64,000 nucleotides of DNA from the human T2T-CHM13v2.0 reference genome, Homo sapiens: the NCBI RefSeq assembly GCF_009914755.1, contig NC_060934.1; one strand, written 5' to 3'. The stretch's first letter is position 1. The number at the start of each line of letters is the position of its first letter. The translations under genes and the position numbers were made by a program. Shown here in pieces: positions 28,521 through 43,000 of this stretch. The notes under the pieces were generated by a model that was given only the letters and a program-made list of their open reading frames with translations, was not told the origin of the DNA and made no database searches.

Positions 28521-28938
28521 TTCTTTTTTTTTTTTTGAGACAAGGTCTCACTCCGTTGCCCAGGCTGGAGTGCCAATGATGCGATCAGGACTCAGTGCAG
28601 CCTCATCCTCCCAGGCTTAAGTGATCCTCCCATCTCGCCTCCTGAATAGCTGGGACTAAAGGTGCATGCCACCACGTCCAGCTAATTTGTTATTTTAAAT
28701 TTTTTGTAGAGACAGGGTCTCCCTATGTTGTCTGGGCTGGTCTTGAACTCCTGGGATCAAGTGATCCTCCCACCTAGGCCTCCTGAGGAGCTGGGGCCAC
28801 AGGTGCATGCCACCACACCTGGCTAACTTGTTTTTTTATGTTTTATAGACACAGATTCTCCCTATGTTGCCCAGGCTGGTCTTGAACTCTTGGCCTCCCA
28901 AAGTGCTGGGATTATGGGAATGCGCCACCATGCCTGAT
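28521..28938 (-). mobile_element. Three-armed AluJ-like element
   Basis: three Alu arms inside one TSD pair CAATCCTTTTCCTTTT (28505-28520, 28939-28954). Confidence 0.9.
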
Positions 28939-29029
28939 CAATCCTTTTCCTTTTCATAAGCACAATTCTAAAAAATGATCCAGTAAGCCTACTCGGGCTC
29001 TTCTGTGGCAATGTTGGCCTGTCTGGATG

Positions 29030-29185
29030 CACTGGGGAGGATGGAACAGTGGGTTAAATGCAGAGATTCTGGGGTCAGACAGATCAGAGTCTGAATCCCA
29101 ACTCCTCTACCTCCTAGCTCTTTGTCTTTGGGGAAACTACTGAAGCTTCAGTTGCCACATCTGAAAAGGAGAAATGAAAATCCTA
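29030..29185 (+). mobile_element. MIR fragment
   Basis: GTGGGTTAAATGCAGAGATTCTGGGGTCAGACAGA...TGAATCCCAACTCC. Confidence 0.7.
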
Positions 29186-29945
29186 GTGGCCTGGTCTCAT
29201 GGGGTGGCAACGCTTCACTGTAGACTTTTGGAAATCTATAGGGCAGTTCATGATCGATCTCATGTATGGGGGATTCTACTAGTATTTATTGAATGAAGGT
29301 TTGGATGCCAGATGTCTTTCATGAATAAGCCAGGCCTGGAGCATTGGGAGTGGTCTCCCAGGCTGCATACCTTCTCGATGTCCCAGTGGGTAGTCGTGGA
29401 AACGAAAATCCTGTTTACAAATATTTGTGCCTAGAACCTAAATCTGTTTTATATGTGAATGCAAAGCATTTTCTGGCCAGTAAGAATGTATACTGATATT
29501 CCTGTGCAAATGAGGTGAGACTGAATTTGGGGAACTTTTCTAAGAAGTATTCACCAATTTATAATATCACTTCACTGACAGGACGACCAGTTCTAGTGTG
29601 AGTAGCTAGAACATCACTTCGCTATCAGTCTGCAGTTACAGCTGTTAGATTCGCAGGATTTCTATGCACAGATGCAAATGTCTATTACTTCCCTCCGTTA
29701 TAGCCAGAAACAAGTAACTTATATATTGAATGTACTCAACAGTCAATTCTATTCCCTTTATTTCTTCATTATGTTATAGTTGGGGAATTATAATGACTTT
29801 TAAAACAATTACGTGTAGAGTAGGTTATGTTAGCTACAAGATCTATTTCAGCATTGTAGTGGCATGACAAAAATGTTTGTAATGAAGGATCTGAGAGGTT
29901 GCAGAATCTTTCTCATAGAGTGAAGATTAAGAAGTAACAATTATT

Positions 29946-30256
<311 letters not shown>

Positions 30257-31597
30257 GAAGTAACCGAATTATGGTACTGACTGCGGAGTCCAGCACATAT
30301 AGAAGCAACTGCCTAAGAAATGTTGGCTTCTCTGATGATCATTAATATTATCAGTAGCCACCCTTCTTTCCGCCTCCTGTTGCTTGACTAACTGCTAGTA
30401 GAAAATGAAATTTACTTTCTGCTTCTCCAGCTCCTCCATCCAGAGGCGAGACCAGCGATGTTGAAGGGCACTCTTCCTTGAGTTAGAGGGAGACTAATAA
30501 CGTATGGCAAACCGCCCAGAAGGGAGAGAGATTTTTCCAAATAGCTCTGACACTCACAGAGGGTACTTCATTAGCCTGTCTATTACAAACCACTTACGAC
30601 ACATATTTATTGACAACAATCTGCCAATTGATTAAACATCTCAATATATGAAGCTGACTTTTCATTAATTAGCAGTTTGGAGAACATGATCCTAGAAGTT
30701 AGGGTGGATAGTTTTGAACATTCTTGCAACACTTTGATTTGCTTTGACCTTCTGTAAGAATATCAGCGCATTATAAAATCAAAGACTATGTCATCTTCCT
30801 CCATATCAGAACACATTATTCATACCACGTGCTAACATACTTATATGCTCACACTTCTCAGTAGATTCGATTTACCTTCTAATCAATTTAAGTCGTGTAC
30901 CTAATACTTAATTTCTTTCGATATAAATCTTAAAAACATCACTGACCACATCATTTAACTTTCTGTGAAAGTGAGGTGTCAAGTTCACTTATTAGTTAGA
31001 ATAAACAAACTGCAAGAAATTTTACACTTTAAACTCAATAAACAACTACATGAGAAAGGAAAGGCATTTGTTAATGCATGCTGTATATTTTTTCTCAACA
31101 AGAGACACAAATAATTGTTTTATATGACACATACGATTTTTTTACTTTGTAGTTGTTTTATAAGAAATGTGAACTTACAGGGAAAAAATATGGGGCAAAG
31201 TGCCCTGTAGTTTAGCCGAACATGAGAACCTTGGTTTATAATTAAGTTTTTGCCTCCCTCTCTCTCTCCTTTTTTTAAATTAATTCTTACTTTTCGTTCA
31301 TTGTTTGACCTTCCAGTCAATCAATGTAGAATGAATTTCTTCTCCAACGGTGGGAAAAAAATTCTCCCTCAACCACACAAGCAGCAAGGTCCATGAAGAG
31401 AGATTTTTCACTTTTACAGCTTTGCTTGTGTGTTCAGGTCATTTTCATCCCTCCTCACTGTCCTCCATTCCTCATATATTCCTCAAATGCATCACTCTTG
31501 GCCACAGCACTATCAACACCGCTGCCATGGAGTGAAACTCAGGCTGTGTTCCTGTGTCTATCAGCTTGGAGTCTGCCTGGGAGCCTGCTAGACCTGC

Positions 31598-31755
31598 AGA
31601 GCTCTCCACACTTCAGTGTGCATAGGAATTGCCTGGGGACCCTGTGCACATGCAGATTCTGATGCGGTGGGTCTGGGGTGGGGCCTCAGACTCTGCATTT
31701 CTGACAAGTTACCAGGTGATATCGATGCTGCTGTTTGGGAGACCCTACTTGAGTA
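31598..31755. mobile_element. MER5A-like MITE
   Basis: TGCAGATTCTGAT...GGTCTGGGGTGGGGCCTCAGACTCTGCATTTCTGACAAG. Confidence 0.8.
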
Positions 31756-32529
31756 TCAGATGTTTATGCTGCTGAACCGGCCCCTACCCTCCTTAACCTT
31801 TTGAACAGGACCGAACTGCCAATCTCTACCTGTGCCAAGAGGGGCTCTGTAAAGGTGCAGCTTCCTTTCTGCAGAACTAGGACAGGCAGGAGGCTCTGAG
31901 TCTGTTTAAACACAGAGGGCTTTCCTTTCTGGCTCAGGGGAGGGAGAATTGAGGTCACTGAATTACTGCATGGTAAGAATTAAAAGTATCAAGGAAAAGC
32001 TGGATGAAGCAAAGAAAAATGAGATTTAATAAATATAATTCCCCTAAAATTCCTTCCTTGGATGCAACAAAAAGTATCTGAAAATTCAACCCTAAATGTA
32101 ATTGGAAAAGAATCTCAGGGACTGTAAAGCAGTTTCTTATAACATCATTCCTCCCTCAACCATACTTGTTCTGCTCTGGAACAATGGAATTTATGTATCT
32201 GTCATTACCTCTGTGTAAATTTTCCCTGAGAAATGACAGTATTTAGAGTGGTTCACGTGTCTCTAAAGGAAGTGGGGGAACTCACTGACCTGCTGCATCC
32301 ACAGGTGACACTAAGGGGAAATTTCTGTGTCTGCCACCAGACAGTCCTGTATGATGAATAACGATTGAGCTGCAACATTAGACAAAACTTATTTTTTATA
32401 CTGTTATAACAGCCACCCTCATTTAACAAGAAATTATAAATTACTTAACTCTCTTTGAGAAAAAAATGACTATTAAAAAATCCCACGGAATCCCCAAAAA
32501 AGTATTTATGGATGCTCTTTGTTTACTTT

Positions 32530-32698
<169 letters not shown>

Positions 32699-35099
32699 TA
32701 AAGATTACTCTAGAATGCATGCTTGGAATATTGCCTGTATCATATCATATGTGTTGCTAAATAAAGCTACCCATTTCATAACTACACAAAATGATTAGGA
32801 AGTTTCCATCGTGTTCTTTACTCTGTGTTCTTTCTCCACTAATATTTGATCTTCTTCCTCCTCTTTTGACAAACTCACAATAGATTATCAGCCCTTCTAA
32901 TGATCAAGGGTCTGTCGGCCTCTTTCTTATTCGTTCCAATGAGAGCTGGTGACAGCATCAATCTTGCGTCACACAGCTCCATGAAGTATCTGCCTGCCTT
33001 CATCTCTGTATCTCATTAATGGAACTGTTGATGGGAAGGAGTGAAATGATGCTCAAAGCTGGCATTAGCACAGCCGACTCCCAGACTGTCTCTTTGTGAG
33101 CCTGGCAGCTTTGTTCACACCATGACCCCACGCTACAGGTGCGTTTCATGATTCCTTCTGCAGTGGTCATGATCCATTTAATTGAAAATATTTCTTCCTG
33201 GGTGGTACTTGCTAGAAAGGCTTCACAAACCCAGGACACAGTATGAAGGCAAATTAGATAATCAAACTTAGATATTCTGAGAACACCTCCCAAATGTCAT
33301 CTCCAATTTAATCAATGCCAGTCTTTTTGCTTTACATAGAAATAGCCAAGCTCAATCCCCTCTCTAACAGAAAGTAGCAACTAATTAACCACTTCTCTAA
33401 ACCTTCTCACTGCGAGCAAGGGTTTGGGTAGATTTCACTCAGATCTCAGTTAACTCAGTCCAAAAGTTTCCTGGCTTAATCTGCATTGTTTTCAGTTTAA
33501 AAACATTTCTTTCTTATTTTATGGTTTTTCATTTTTCTCAGCAACAACAAACATCAACACATTTGGGTTCCAGGGTCCCTAAGGTTCCAATCGTAATCAG
33601 CATCCAACTGTCTGCTAGCAAACCATTTCTAATAATTAATTTGGCCATCACAGAGAAAACTGTCACGTTCCACAGGAGAGATGTGAAGGCAAGCTCTTGC
33701 ATGACAGCTGCAATGTCATCAATTGGGGGGACGGTTCCGAGCGTGTCTCCAGAGGGAAGAATTCAGGGTGCTGAGATGATTTAAGCCACAAATAAGCCCA
33801 GGGCGCACTGGCACTGGGGCCTGTTAGCACGGCAGGGACATGGCCACATCTCAGAGAGTGCGCTTGTCCAGCGGTGGCCACCATCAGAACCTCGGCTGTG
33901 TGTTTCCATGAGCCTCACAAGGAGGGGAAACACGGCGTGACTTTTACCATGGGGGAAAAAATAATCACACAATTGGAGGAGGATCCCTGTACTGTGCCCT
34001 AGAACATCTTTAAACTCCAACTGGGCCACCACGACTTAACAAAAACTCCCTCATTTAAGTTTTGCCATTTTCATTTTAAAAGTGAAAAGTGTCACTCAAT
34101 CATTATGCTTACAAGCCAGAAAAGAAAAAGAGGATTTTACCTGGTGGGACAATTCAGAATCCCACAGTCCTTTGTTTATACTGCTGGTCTTATGTTGCCA
34201 AGTGACAGCACATGGTAGGCCCAGGACTCCTTCCTTGCCCCAACTTCTTTGTCCCTAAGGAGTGCACACCTCTTGTTCCCATTCTAGGATCTTGTACCAA
34301 GCCACAGATAAGGCCAGCACAGAGGGGGCACCCCAGAAATGTTGATTTCATCCATTTTCAAGTTTGGATTGGTCTCGGTCATGGGGATGGGGGACAAGGG
34401 GACCTGATGTTCATGGCAAATGTGATTGATTCTGGAAGAGTCCGTAGAGTCCTGGAGCTCAGTGAAATTAGCTGCTGCCTTGACTGACAAGCTCTTCCAC
34501 CTCCTCTCTCAGCATGGGCCCTACCCCAGAAAGCGGGTGTGGGAATGACCCAGTGCCTCTGTCTGTCATCATCTCACCACCATATAGCAACACTTGCATC
34601 ATTATCTTTGTCTTCTAAAGTCAAGGAGAAAAAACATGACCTCACATGTTTTTTCAAAAAAAATATTTTTGGTCTTCCCTGGTACATACATGAGATCAAC
34701 CAAAGCAAACCCCTATGAAGCAATAAACGATTTACCAGATTTAGAATTCTCCATAAACTACAGCAAAGAAATTGCTTTCTTAAACTGGATGAATAAGCTA
34801 TTGAAAAAACAAGGCCTTTTAAAACTCTTTGATTGGGACTCCGTGCTGTCTTCTCCTCTAATTGAAGGTAACAGATACCTCCTTGGTTTATTAGTAATAA
34901 GTTGGACGTGTCTTACAAAACCCGAGAGACCTTTTAAAAAAAAGCTCCTAATTATGATTCAAAGATATCCACCAATCTGTGAGGAAAGTTATGGTTGAAA
35001 GCTGGCAAACTGCAGTGCCCCTGCATCCTATCACAACCACCATGCCCCACAACACCTGATTTTCCACGAATTCTTTCTACAGCAAACTGCTTGCTTCTA

Positions 35100-35433
<334 letters not shown>

Positions 35434-35494
35434 CCCTGAAGACAAATATAAATGCAGATGGTCCTACTGGTTGGCTATTTATGGTACCTTTAGA

Positions 35495-35728
35495 CTAGAG
35501 TTTCTCAGCCTTGGCACTGAGATGTTCTGGGTCAAATCATTCTTTGTTTTGGGGGGCTGTCCTGTGAACTGTAGGGTCTTTATCAGCACCCCCGGCTGTT
35601 ACCCACTGGATATCAATAGCACCCCCACACCAGCTGTGGGAACCAAAGTGTCTCCAGAGAGCGCCAAGTGTCCCCAGCGGGAGTGGGGGTGTGTGTGAAA
35701 TTGCTGTGGCTGGGAGTCATTGCTTTAG
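35495..35728. mobile_element. MER20 MITE
   Basis: TTTCTCAGCCTTGGCACT...GGGGGCTGTCCTGTGAACTGTAGG...TACCCACTGGAT...GTCTCCAGA. Confidence 0.82.
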
Positions 35729-37444
35729 AGTTACAAATAAATGGACTTTTGGGTAGCTATGGAGAGCATCAGCCGAACATGGGAAACGAGTTGTCTCTAT
35801 AGACCAATTTAAAAATCAGCACAGCTTAGGGTATGATGGCCCCTGGGTAGGAAAAAATGTTAATTTGTGCCTCCAAGAAAAAACAGAAATAAAATGCTTA
35901 TTGTGTCCAACACCCATCCCCACCTGGGGAGAGGAAAAAAAAACATCCAGAGCTGTTACCCCAAGCTAGCTTTAGTCTTTCTTCTTATCATGGAAGAAAG
36001 GTTATTCAGCACTGGTGTGGTGAGACTGAGTCCTCAAGGAATGTTCTGGAATGCCTGAGTCCTATACAGTGACTATGTTGAGGTGGTGAGTCCCAGGTCA
36101 CTGGGGGTATTCAAGCAGGGGCCAGACGACAACCAGCTCAGGGAGGCCGTGAAAAGGACTCCACCCAGGTCAAGAGTTTGGCCTAAGTGACCTCCACTGT
36201 CTTAACTCCACGATTCCATGGGCTTCTGTGTACTTTTCAATGCTCACACTCCTCAGAGTCCCTTCCAAAAAGGCAGTGACAAGCAGAGGGCATTTGTCCT
36301 GCCCTGGGTGGGTCAGGATCTCACAACCCCTGGACCCCGAAGGGTGACCGAGACCGATTGGACATCTACCTCCACCACTGATCACCACCTGGTTCGGAGC
36401 TATCTCCAACTGGTTTTCCCCTCCCAATTCCTAATTCTCATTAACCTGAAAGACAGATTACGGCAGTGCACGATCTCACACTGACGTTCAATCTGTCTTT
36501 TCCAGCATCCTCTATTTATCAGACAGCTTCCACCAAGTGAACCATGACTCCTCAGTCTTTGGCGAAGTACACCTTCACCAGGCAGTGCTGAAGTTTGGGA
36601 ACAGCTAGAAGATTAACAGAGAAAGATTTATAGCAAGGCTTATTTAGATACATTTACAGACCAGAGCTAGCGCAAAGATGGCCCTGGGGCTACCGACTCT
36701 GTCTGGTGGGAGGAAACAGAAATTTCTTCTCTCCTGGCTAGAGAGAGCCCAGGCAGACAAAACACTTGCCCAGCAGTACTGCAAAAGTAATAGAGGCAAA
36801 TGTTTTGTTACGCTGGCTTCAAAACAAGCCACAAGATTCCAAACAGTGGATGCGCAACCTTTTTTTCCTCAAACCATCCAAATGCATCTCCCGGTATTTG
36901 TTATAATTAAAACAGAATTGGAGCTATTCATAGGTATATAACTTTTTACACACGAGTAGAGTCCTGTATCACCTTACAATGGTTTTTTGAAAGAATATGT
37001 GATTTTCACACAAAAGTATATACTTTGTAGCAGCCTCATCCTTTTGCCTCTGCATCTTATGTTCTAGATTTTTTCTTACTGTGTCCAGTATATTAAATGC
37101 TGCTCAACTCCCATGGGATAAAAATGTACACAGAGGTGTCTTTCTATCCATTACCATTTGGCACAATTCCACCAAAAATCAAAGAATGTGGGGTCTGGAA
37201 GGGACCTTACAGGTCACCCAGTTACCTCAATTACCTAAGGAAATTGAGTCCATGGATGTTCGGTGATGTTCCTAAGATTTGCTAAGACTTAGCTGTGGCT
37301 AAGTAGAAACGACAGAAGCTGACTTTCTATAGTGATAGAAATTCTATCTAAATTTCTAACTTGTAAATTTCTACTTTTCATTTATTATAGCTCATTTTCT
37401 ATCTTCAGGGCTGAAACATTTGCCTGGTTACTTTTACAGAACAA

Positions 37445-37660
37445 CTACTTCAGAAAATTGTTTGGCAGTTTCTTACCAAGTTATTATATACCTATTCTAT
37501 GACCCAGCCATTCTGCTTCTGGGAAGAAAACGGACGTCCATAAATGAATGTTCACAGCAGCTGTATTCGTAACAGCCTCCTACTGGAAATAACAATCATG
37601 CCCAATATAGGCAAATGAAATACACAAATTGTGGTATACATGTGCAATGGAATATTGGCT
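37445..37660 (+). mobile_element. Old L1M fragment
   Basis: TTTGGCAGTTTCTT...TATGACCCAGCCATTC...AATGTTCACAGCAGC...AATTGTGGTATA. Confidence 0.65.
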
Positions 37661-37689
37661 GCTTTTGCCAATATCCAAACCAAATTCTC

Positions 37690-39500
37690 CTGATGCAGCA
37701 ATGAGAAGAGAAACTTCAATTTTCTTGAGTTATCACCTCTTGAATTATCATCTTTCTACTTTTCTTCTTCAGTCCATTCTCTATCCCTCTGCTAACCAAC
37801 TATTTCATATCCTTTCCTCTCTCTGCAAAACTCTAATATGATAATACTTTCTCCTCCATCCTCCCTCTCAGCTAGCTGATAACCCTGCTTCGTATTTCAC
37901 TGAGAAAACCGAAACACTCCAAAGAGAACTTCTGTCTGGTCCCCACACCCTTAGCAGCCTACCATGCTGCTACTATACATTCTGCCTTTTCCCCTGTCGC
38001 TGGGACTCTGGCCAAGGCCAGTCCCTCCACTGGCATTCAAGATCCCAATCCCTTTTCTCTGCAAAATGATACTGTCCCAGCAACTGGTCCTATCTCCTAC
38101 CTCATTGTCCCCACTCTGTTAGCCAACTGCAATTACAAAAGACACATTGTGCTACTGCCTTTCTTAAAAACACCATTCCTTAACCCTACATCCTCTTCCA
38201 GCAATTGCAATTTATTTGCCTTCACTTGGAATAAACTCTTCAAGGGCTTATCCATGTTGTACCCATCACGGGTAAGCTTCTAGCCCCATTTCGTCACCAA
38301 AGCCAGCTCCTGGCCTTGCTAGGACCTCCACATCCTCAACTCCAAAGGCAACCTCTCCCTCTTAATGTTACTCCAGTCATCAACAGCAGTGGGCAAAGCG
38401 AACAACGTTTATCTTCTGGAGATACTCAACTCCCTTGGTTTCCAGGACACTGCGCCCTCTCGGTTTTCTTCATGACTGGCTGCTCCTCCTCAGTTTCCTG
38501 TGCTAGTCTCTTCTCTTGCTGCTGGTGCCTCCAGGCTTGGTGTATGAAGTACTTCTCTTCTTTTTATACTCACTTGCTAAGTGATCTCTTCCAGACTCAT
38601 CATTATCAACCAACAACACATCTCTATCTCCAGCCAAGATCTCAATCCTGCCTCCAGATGCCTAGAGCCACCTGCCTACTGAATATCTCCACTTAGATAT
38701 CTGGAGGCAGCTCACCTTTAACTATCCCCAAACTGCCCCCTCCTTCAAATCTGTTCACTCTCAATATTCCCCCATCTTAGTAATGCCAACATCATTCTTC
38801 AAGTCGCTCAGCTAAAATATAAAGTGAGCCCTGACTCCTCTCCTTCTCTCCCAACCTACATCCAATTCTTTGCCAAACTCTGTCCCTCTCCCGCTTCGAA
38901 TAAATACCTAGCATTTTACGACTTCTCATCCTGTCTGTGGTTGGCACTCTGGGCCAAGCCACTTTCAGCTCTTGCCTGGATGATTGCAGTTGCCTCCTGT
39001 TTTCTGCGCTTCCCTTTTTACCTCCTTGTAGCAGTGATCATTTTGAAAAAATTACTCTGATCTTGTCACTCTTTTGCTTAAAACCCACCCAGGCTTTCGG
39101 GTCTCCTTGTGAACAAAGGCCAAACTCCTTCAAATGGTGCAGGAGACCTCCTATCTGATCTGTCTCCTAGCTCTCTCCTGTGTGAAGCTGCTTATCCCTG
39201 GGGGGCAGGGTGGGTGCACTTGCCAGTCCCACTGTCTGAAACATTCTTTCTCTAAATTTCTGCACATCCTTTAGGTCTCTGAGGTCTTCTTTGATCCGCT
39301 ATAACTGCGCAATCTCCTTCCCTCACATCCCCTACCCCTCACATTCTTATCACCCACCATTGGGCACAATACACAGCCATCTGTTCACTGTTTGTCTCCC
39401 CACTAGACTCCAAACTGCATGAGGACAGGGATTCTGTATTTTATTCCCTTTTGTAAGAAACAGGCACTATAAATATTGGCTGAATAAATGAATGAATAAT
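37690..39500 (+). mobile_element. L2 LINE remnant (about 1.8 kb)
   Basis: pyrimidine-rich L2 ORF2-derived sequence (CTGCCTACTGAATATCTCCACTTAGATATCT) ending in AAATATTGGCTGAATAAATGAATGAA. Confidence 0.8.
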
Positions 39501-41464
39501 AAAAAAACGGCTATGCTTGTATTGAGTGGAACATGTTCCTTTATTTCCTGCAACCAAAGCATTACAGATAAACCACATTATTAACAAATTAGCTAGCTGA
39601 GGCCACTGCTCTCCAAGCCACCATAAGCAGTTTCAACTGCACCAAATCAAACCATGAAGAAATTCAATCTTGCCCCCACATGAAATAAAAAGAGCACTTT
39701 TATGATATCCACAGTTATCTGTTAATTCAGTAAACATTCATGAACATGCCACTGTGAGTGTAAACTAGTTAGACAGGAGGGATCAGGAGGTTGGACCAAA
39801 ATGGGGTTTACGCAGGGGCCTGCCATCTACCAACCTGTGCAGCGGGGAATCTGCAGTGAACTTTGCTCCCCCATCCTGACTCCCTTAAGAGTGGACGCCG
39901 TGCTAGTTTATACTTGTCATTTTCCTAAGGATTTTTTTTTTTTTTTTAACTCATAAACCCACTGGAGTTTCAGTTCTGCGAAGTCTTTTCAGGCCATGAT
40001 GTGTGATACTGGAGAATCCTTAGGCGGGGATGATCTGTGTAAGACACAAGACTCCCTGTTTTTTAGTTTTGTTCTTTTAGTAAACCTTAGGCCATGCTGG
40101 AAAAGCAGAGCATGGAAAACAGAGGGAACACACAGATAATCATAGGGCCCCATTATGAAGAGAAGCCATTCTAGGCATTATAAGAGTGAGCATTTAGATG
40201 ACCGCGTAAACATGACTAGTAAAGCCACTTAAAATGAGAACTCAAGACCAAGCGCTGACTAACGGCAATTTTCTGCAATTAGTAATATGGATCCTCAAAA
40301 AAAAAAAAAGTGATTTTCCTAGCAGAGAGGAGAGTTGGATAGGAAGAATAAAGGAACACAAAGAACAGTACCCGCATCCCTAGACTCTGAACAATTAAAG
40401 CATGGGCACATCATTTCTTCCACACTGTTTCCAAAAAGACCAAAGGAGAAAAAAATCATCATCTGTTGCATTTTTATGGTACTTTCCAGCTTGTAAATCA
40501 CCTGAACATACCTTGTCTTTTCTGCCCTGATAAAATTTGAGTGGTGGCCAGAAGATTGTAGCGATGTACTTTTTCATATATTTTGATTTAGATTTATATA
40601 TTTTATAGGCAAAGAACTTGAAGTTAAGCTACTCTTCCAAAAAGGGTTCTATGGTCAATTAAGTTTGGGAAATGCTGCAAGCTGGGTCGGCTCCCTGGAC
40701 ACTCATGATGTACAACTGCATATCAGAAAACAGTCTCGCCAAGGTTTCCAAGCTCATTTGAACGTAATGCCTTTTTTTCGCGCGCATGTGTGTAGTACCT
40801 TTTAACATCCTTGTGTCTTACGCAGATCATCCCCGCCAAAAGATTCTGCAATATCACACATCGTGGCCTCAAAAGACTTTGCAGAACTGAAACCCCAGTG
40901 GGTTTATGAGTTCAAAAAAAATCCTTAGGAAAATGACAAGTATAAACTAGCACGGCATCTGCTGTAAAGTAGTCAATCACCGAGTGTTAGTTTCTTTGCT
41001 TCCGCACAAGGACAGGGGCCCCAAGGTGTCCTCACAGGGGGCTCTTTGAGAGGTTCGTTTTGGATGAGATGAGACTGTGTTCTCGGAGATGGTAATGGAT
41101 GCCCAGAGGCTAGCATATACAGAGGCTTTGCAAACCCTAAGCTAAACCATGACACACGTGTCATTAAAATACACACAGCTCAATCTCGTCCATATAACAG
41201 CTTCTGAAATGCGAGGAGGCCTGGCGGGAATGGTGGGGTGCACAGAGGAGGGCCGCGCTAGACGAGAAAATTCTACAACAGAGCATTAACTCAAACACCT
41301 TATGGTTTTCACAACTTAAAGAATGGATGTAGACTTCAGTGGATAATTCATGCTTATTAAATATGTGTGAAATTATTGTGATTCATCTTCCTCCTGTGTT
41401 TTAAATGACTTTGTAAAACCCAGACTTGGCATCAACAGAAATAACATAATGCAGTGTAAAATGA

Positions 41465-42333
41465 TCTCATTATTAAAAGTATCCTTTAATGCAAAACAAT
41501 CTCGGACAGTTATTTCGTTGTGATCCTGAAGGACTTCTTTCCTGTTGATGAGTGGTAACGTATGGGGTAAATTATTTCTTGGATATCATGTAAATGGAAC
41601 TTCTGAACTCATTATGTATAAATTATTAAGTTATAAAACACCACTGCTAATAAAACTGTGGCTACAGTGAGAAGTGTGATCAAAATCACACGTGACTCCG
41701 GCCTATTAAACAATAACGTATTAATCCATAAAGCTGAAAGCAGCTTATCCAGTTACTATAATTAAAATATGCTTCACTACTAATTGCCTTACCAATCCTT
41801 AAATTTCCCTCAAACCATTTTCAAACGATGGCAAAACAGCAGCCCTTACTATTATATCTTCTAATACTGGTGAAGTAAGAGAACCCTTGTAATAAAGAAC
41901 CTTTTATCTCTGTTCTAAGGCAATCCTATTGATTAGTATTAAATTATAGCTGGCAAAATATTTTGGTACAATTAATGCGGGTTTAAAGGTAGAAACAAAT
42001 CTATGCACAGAACTGGAGGGGAATAACAATGTTTCACATATTTCTGCCAACATATTAACTAATACAGCAAAAGGGATCCTTGATATGTCATTTGTTGACT
42101 GATGAGAGCACAGAGCTGAGACTCGGGCATGAAATTTTATTGCCAAAGACATTTTCATCTGCAGCCAAATCACCAGGGAAACACTTTGTCAAACAACTTC
42201 ATTCTGCATGGAGACTTTGTGACAATATTGGCATCCTAAGAATTTGTTCAGGTTTTTCCTATTGCATCTATCTGTCTGTGCCTGGAAATATTTACAGCAA
42301 CACCGCAATTCAAGCGGACATTTGGTTTAGCAC
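41465..42333 (-). other. Candidate distal terminal exon / 3' UTR of an unidentified minus-strand gene
   Basis: acceptor TTGTTTCTAG|GTG at 42333; AATAAA at 42136-42141 and ATTAAA at 41485-41490 followed by U/GU-rich sequence on the minus strand; repeat-free AT-rich stretch. Reads VLNQMSA* in phase 0. Confidence 0.4.
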
Positions 42334-42719
42334 CTAGAAACAACCCAGCCAGCTCATGTTTTATCTCACCAGCGAGCTTCAAATAAATGCTCAGAAGTTG
42401 TATGCTTTTTAATATAAATGAGACAATATATTTTAGAAAGGTTTCATATCAAAATTCCATTTCATATTAATGGGAACCGATCTAGCATTGGGTATCTACA
42501 AAGTTATGGGCCAAAGTTTCCAAAGTTTCTTTAGAAGTACCCAATCTTTCTGCCTGAGTTTAAACCAGAAAATCAGAAAAATTATGACAGGGGAAGAGAG
42601 GGAAGGAAAAGGAGAAAGAAGGAAGGAGAGGGAGAGAAAGAGGATAAATGCTGGACTCTGGTCATTTAGAATTGCATTTTTAATTTTAGATCCTGTATTT
42701 ATTTTGCCTGTGGTGGGAG

Positions 42720-43000
42720 CATAACCCCGAGAAACAACCCTTGATATTTCACACCTCCTCTTATCTAATCATCACTTAGGTGCTGCCAAATTCTCAACCC
42801 TAAGTAACTTTGTTAACCTCTTCATCATCCCCCTGGTCTGAGTTTCCACTGTCTCTCATCTGGCTCCTGAAATAGCCTAGCAACCGGCCTCTCCACCTCA
42901 TTCTATGCACAGAGTCTAAAGCAATCTTTTCAAAAAGTCAATCTGATCACACCCCTGCCCTTTCACATTTGCTACTAGAGGATAAAAATCCTGAACATGG
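42720..43000 (+). mobile_element. L2 fragment
   Basis: AATAGCCTAGCAACCGGCCTCTCC...CAATCTTTTCAAAAAGTCAATCTGATCA. Confidence 0.55.

Noticed and set aside
34284-34998. Protein-looking ORFs (68 aa minus, 91 and 134 aa plus)
   Set aside because: No recognisable domain, no convincing flanking splice sites, and lengths expected by chance
40395-40577. Minus-strand ORF MKKYIATIFWPP... with an AAG|GTATGT donor
   Set aside because: No upstream acceptor or promoter evidence; it is an isolated donor motif
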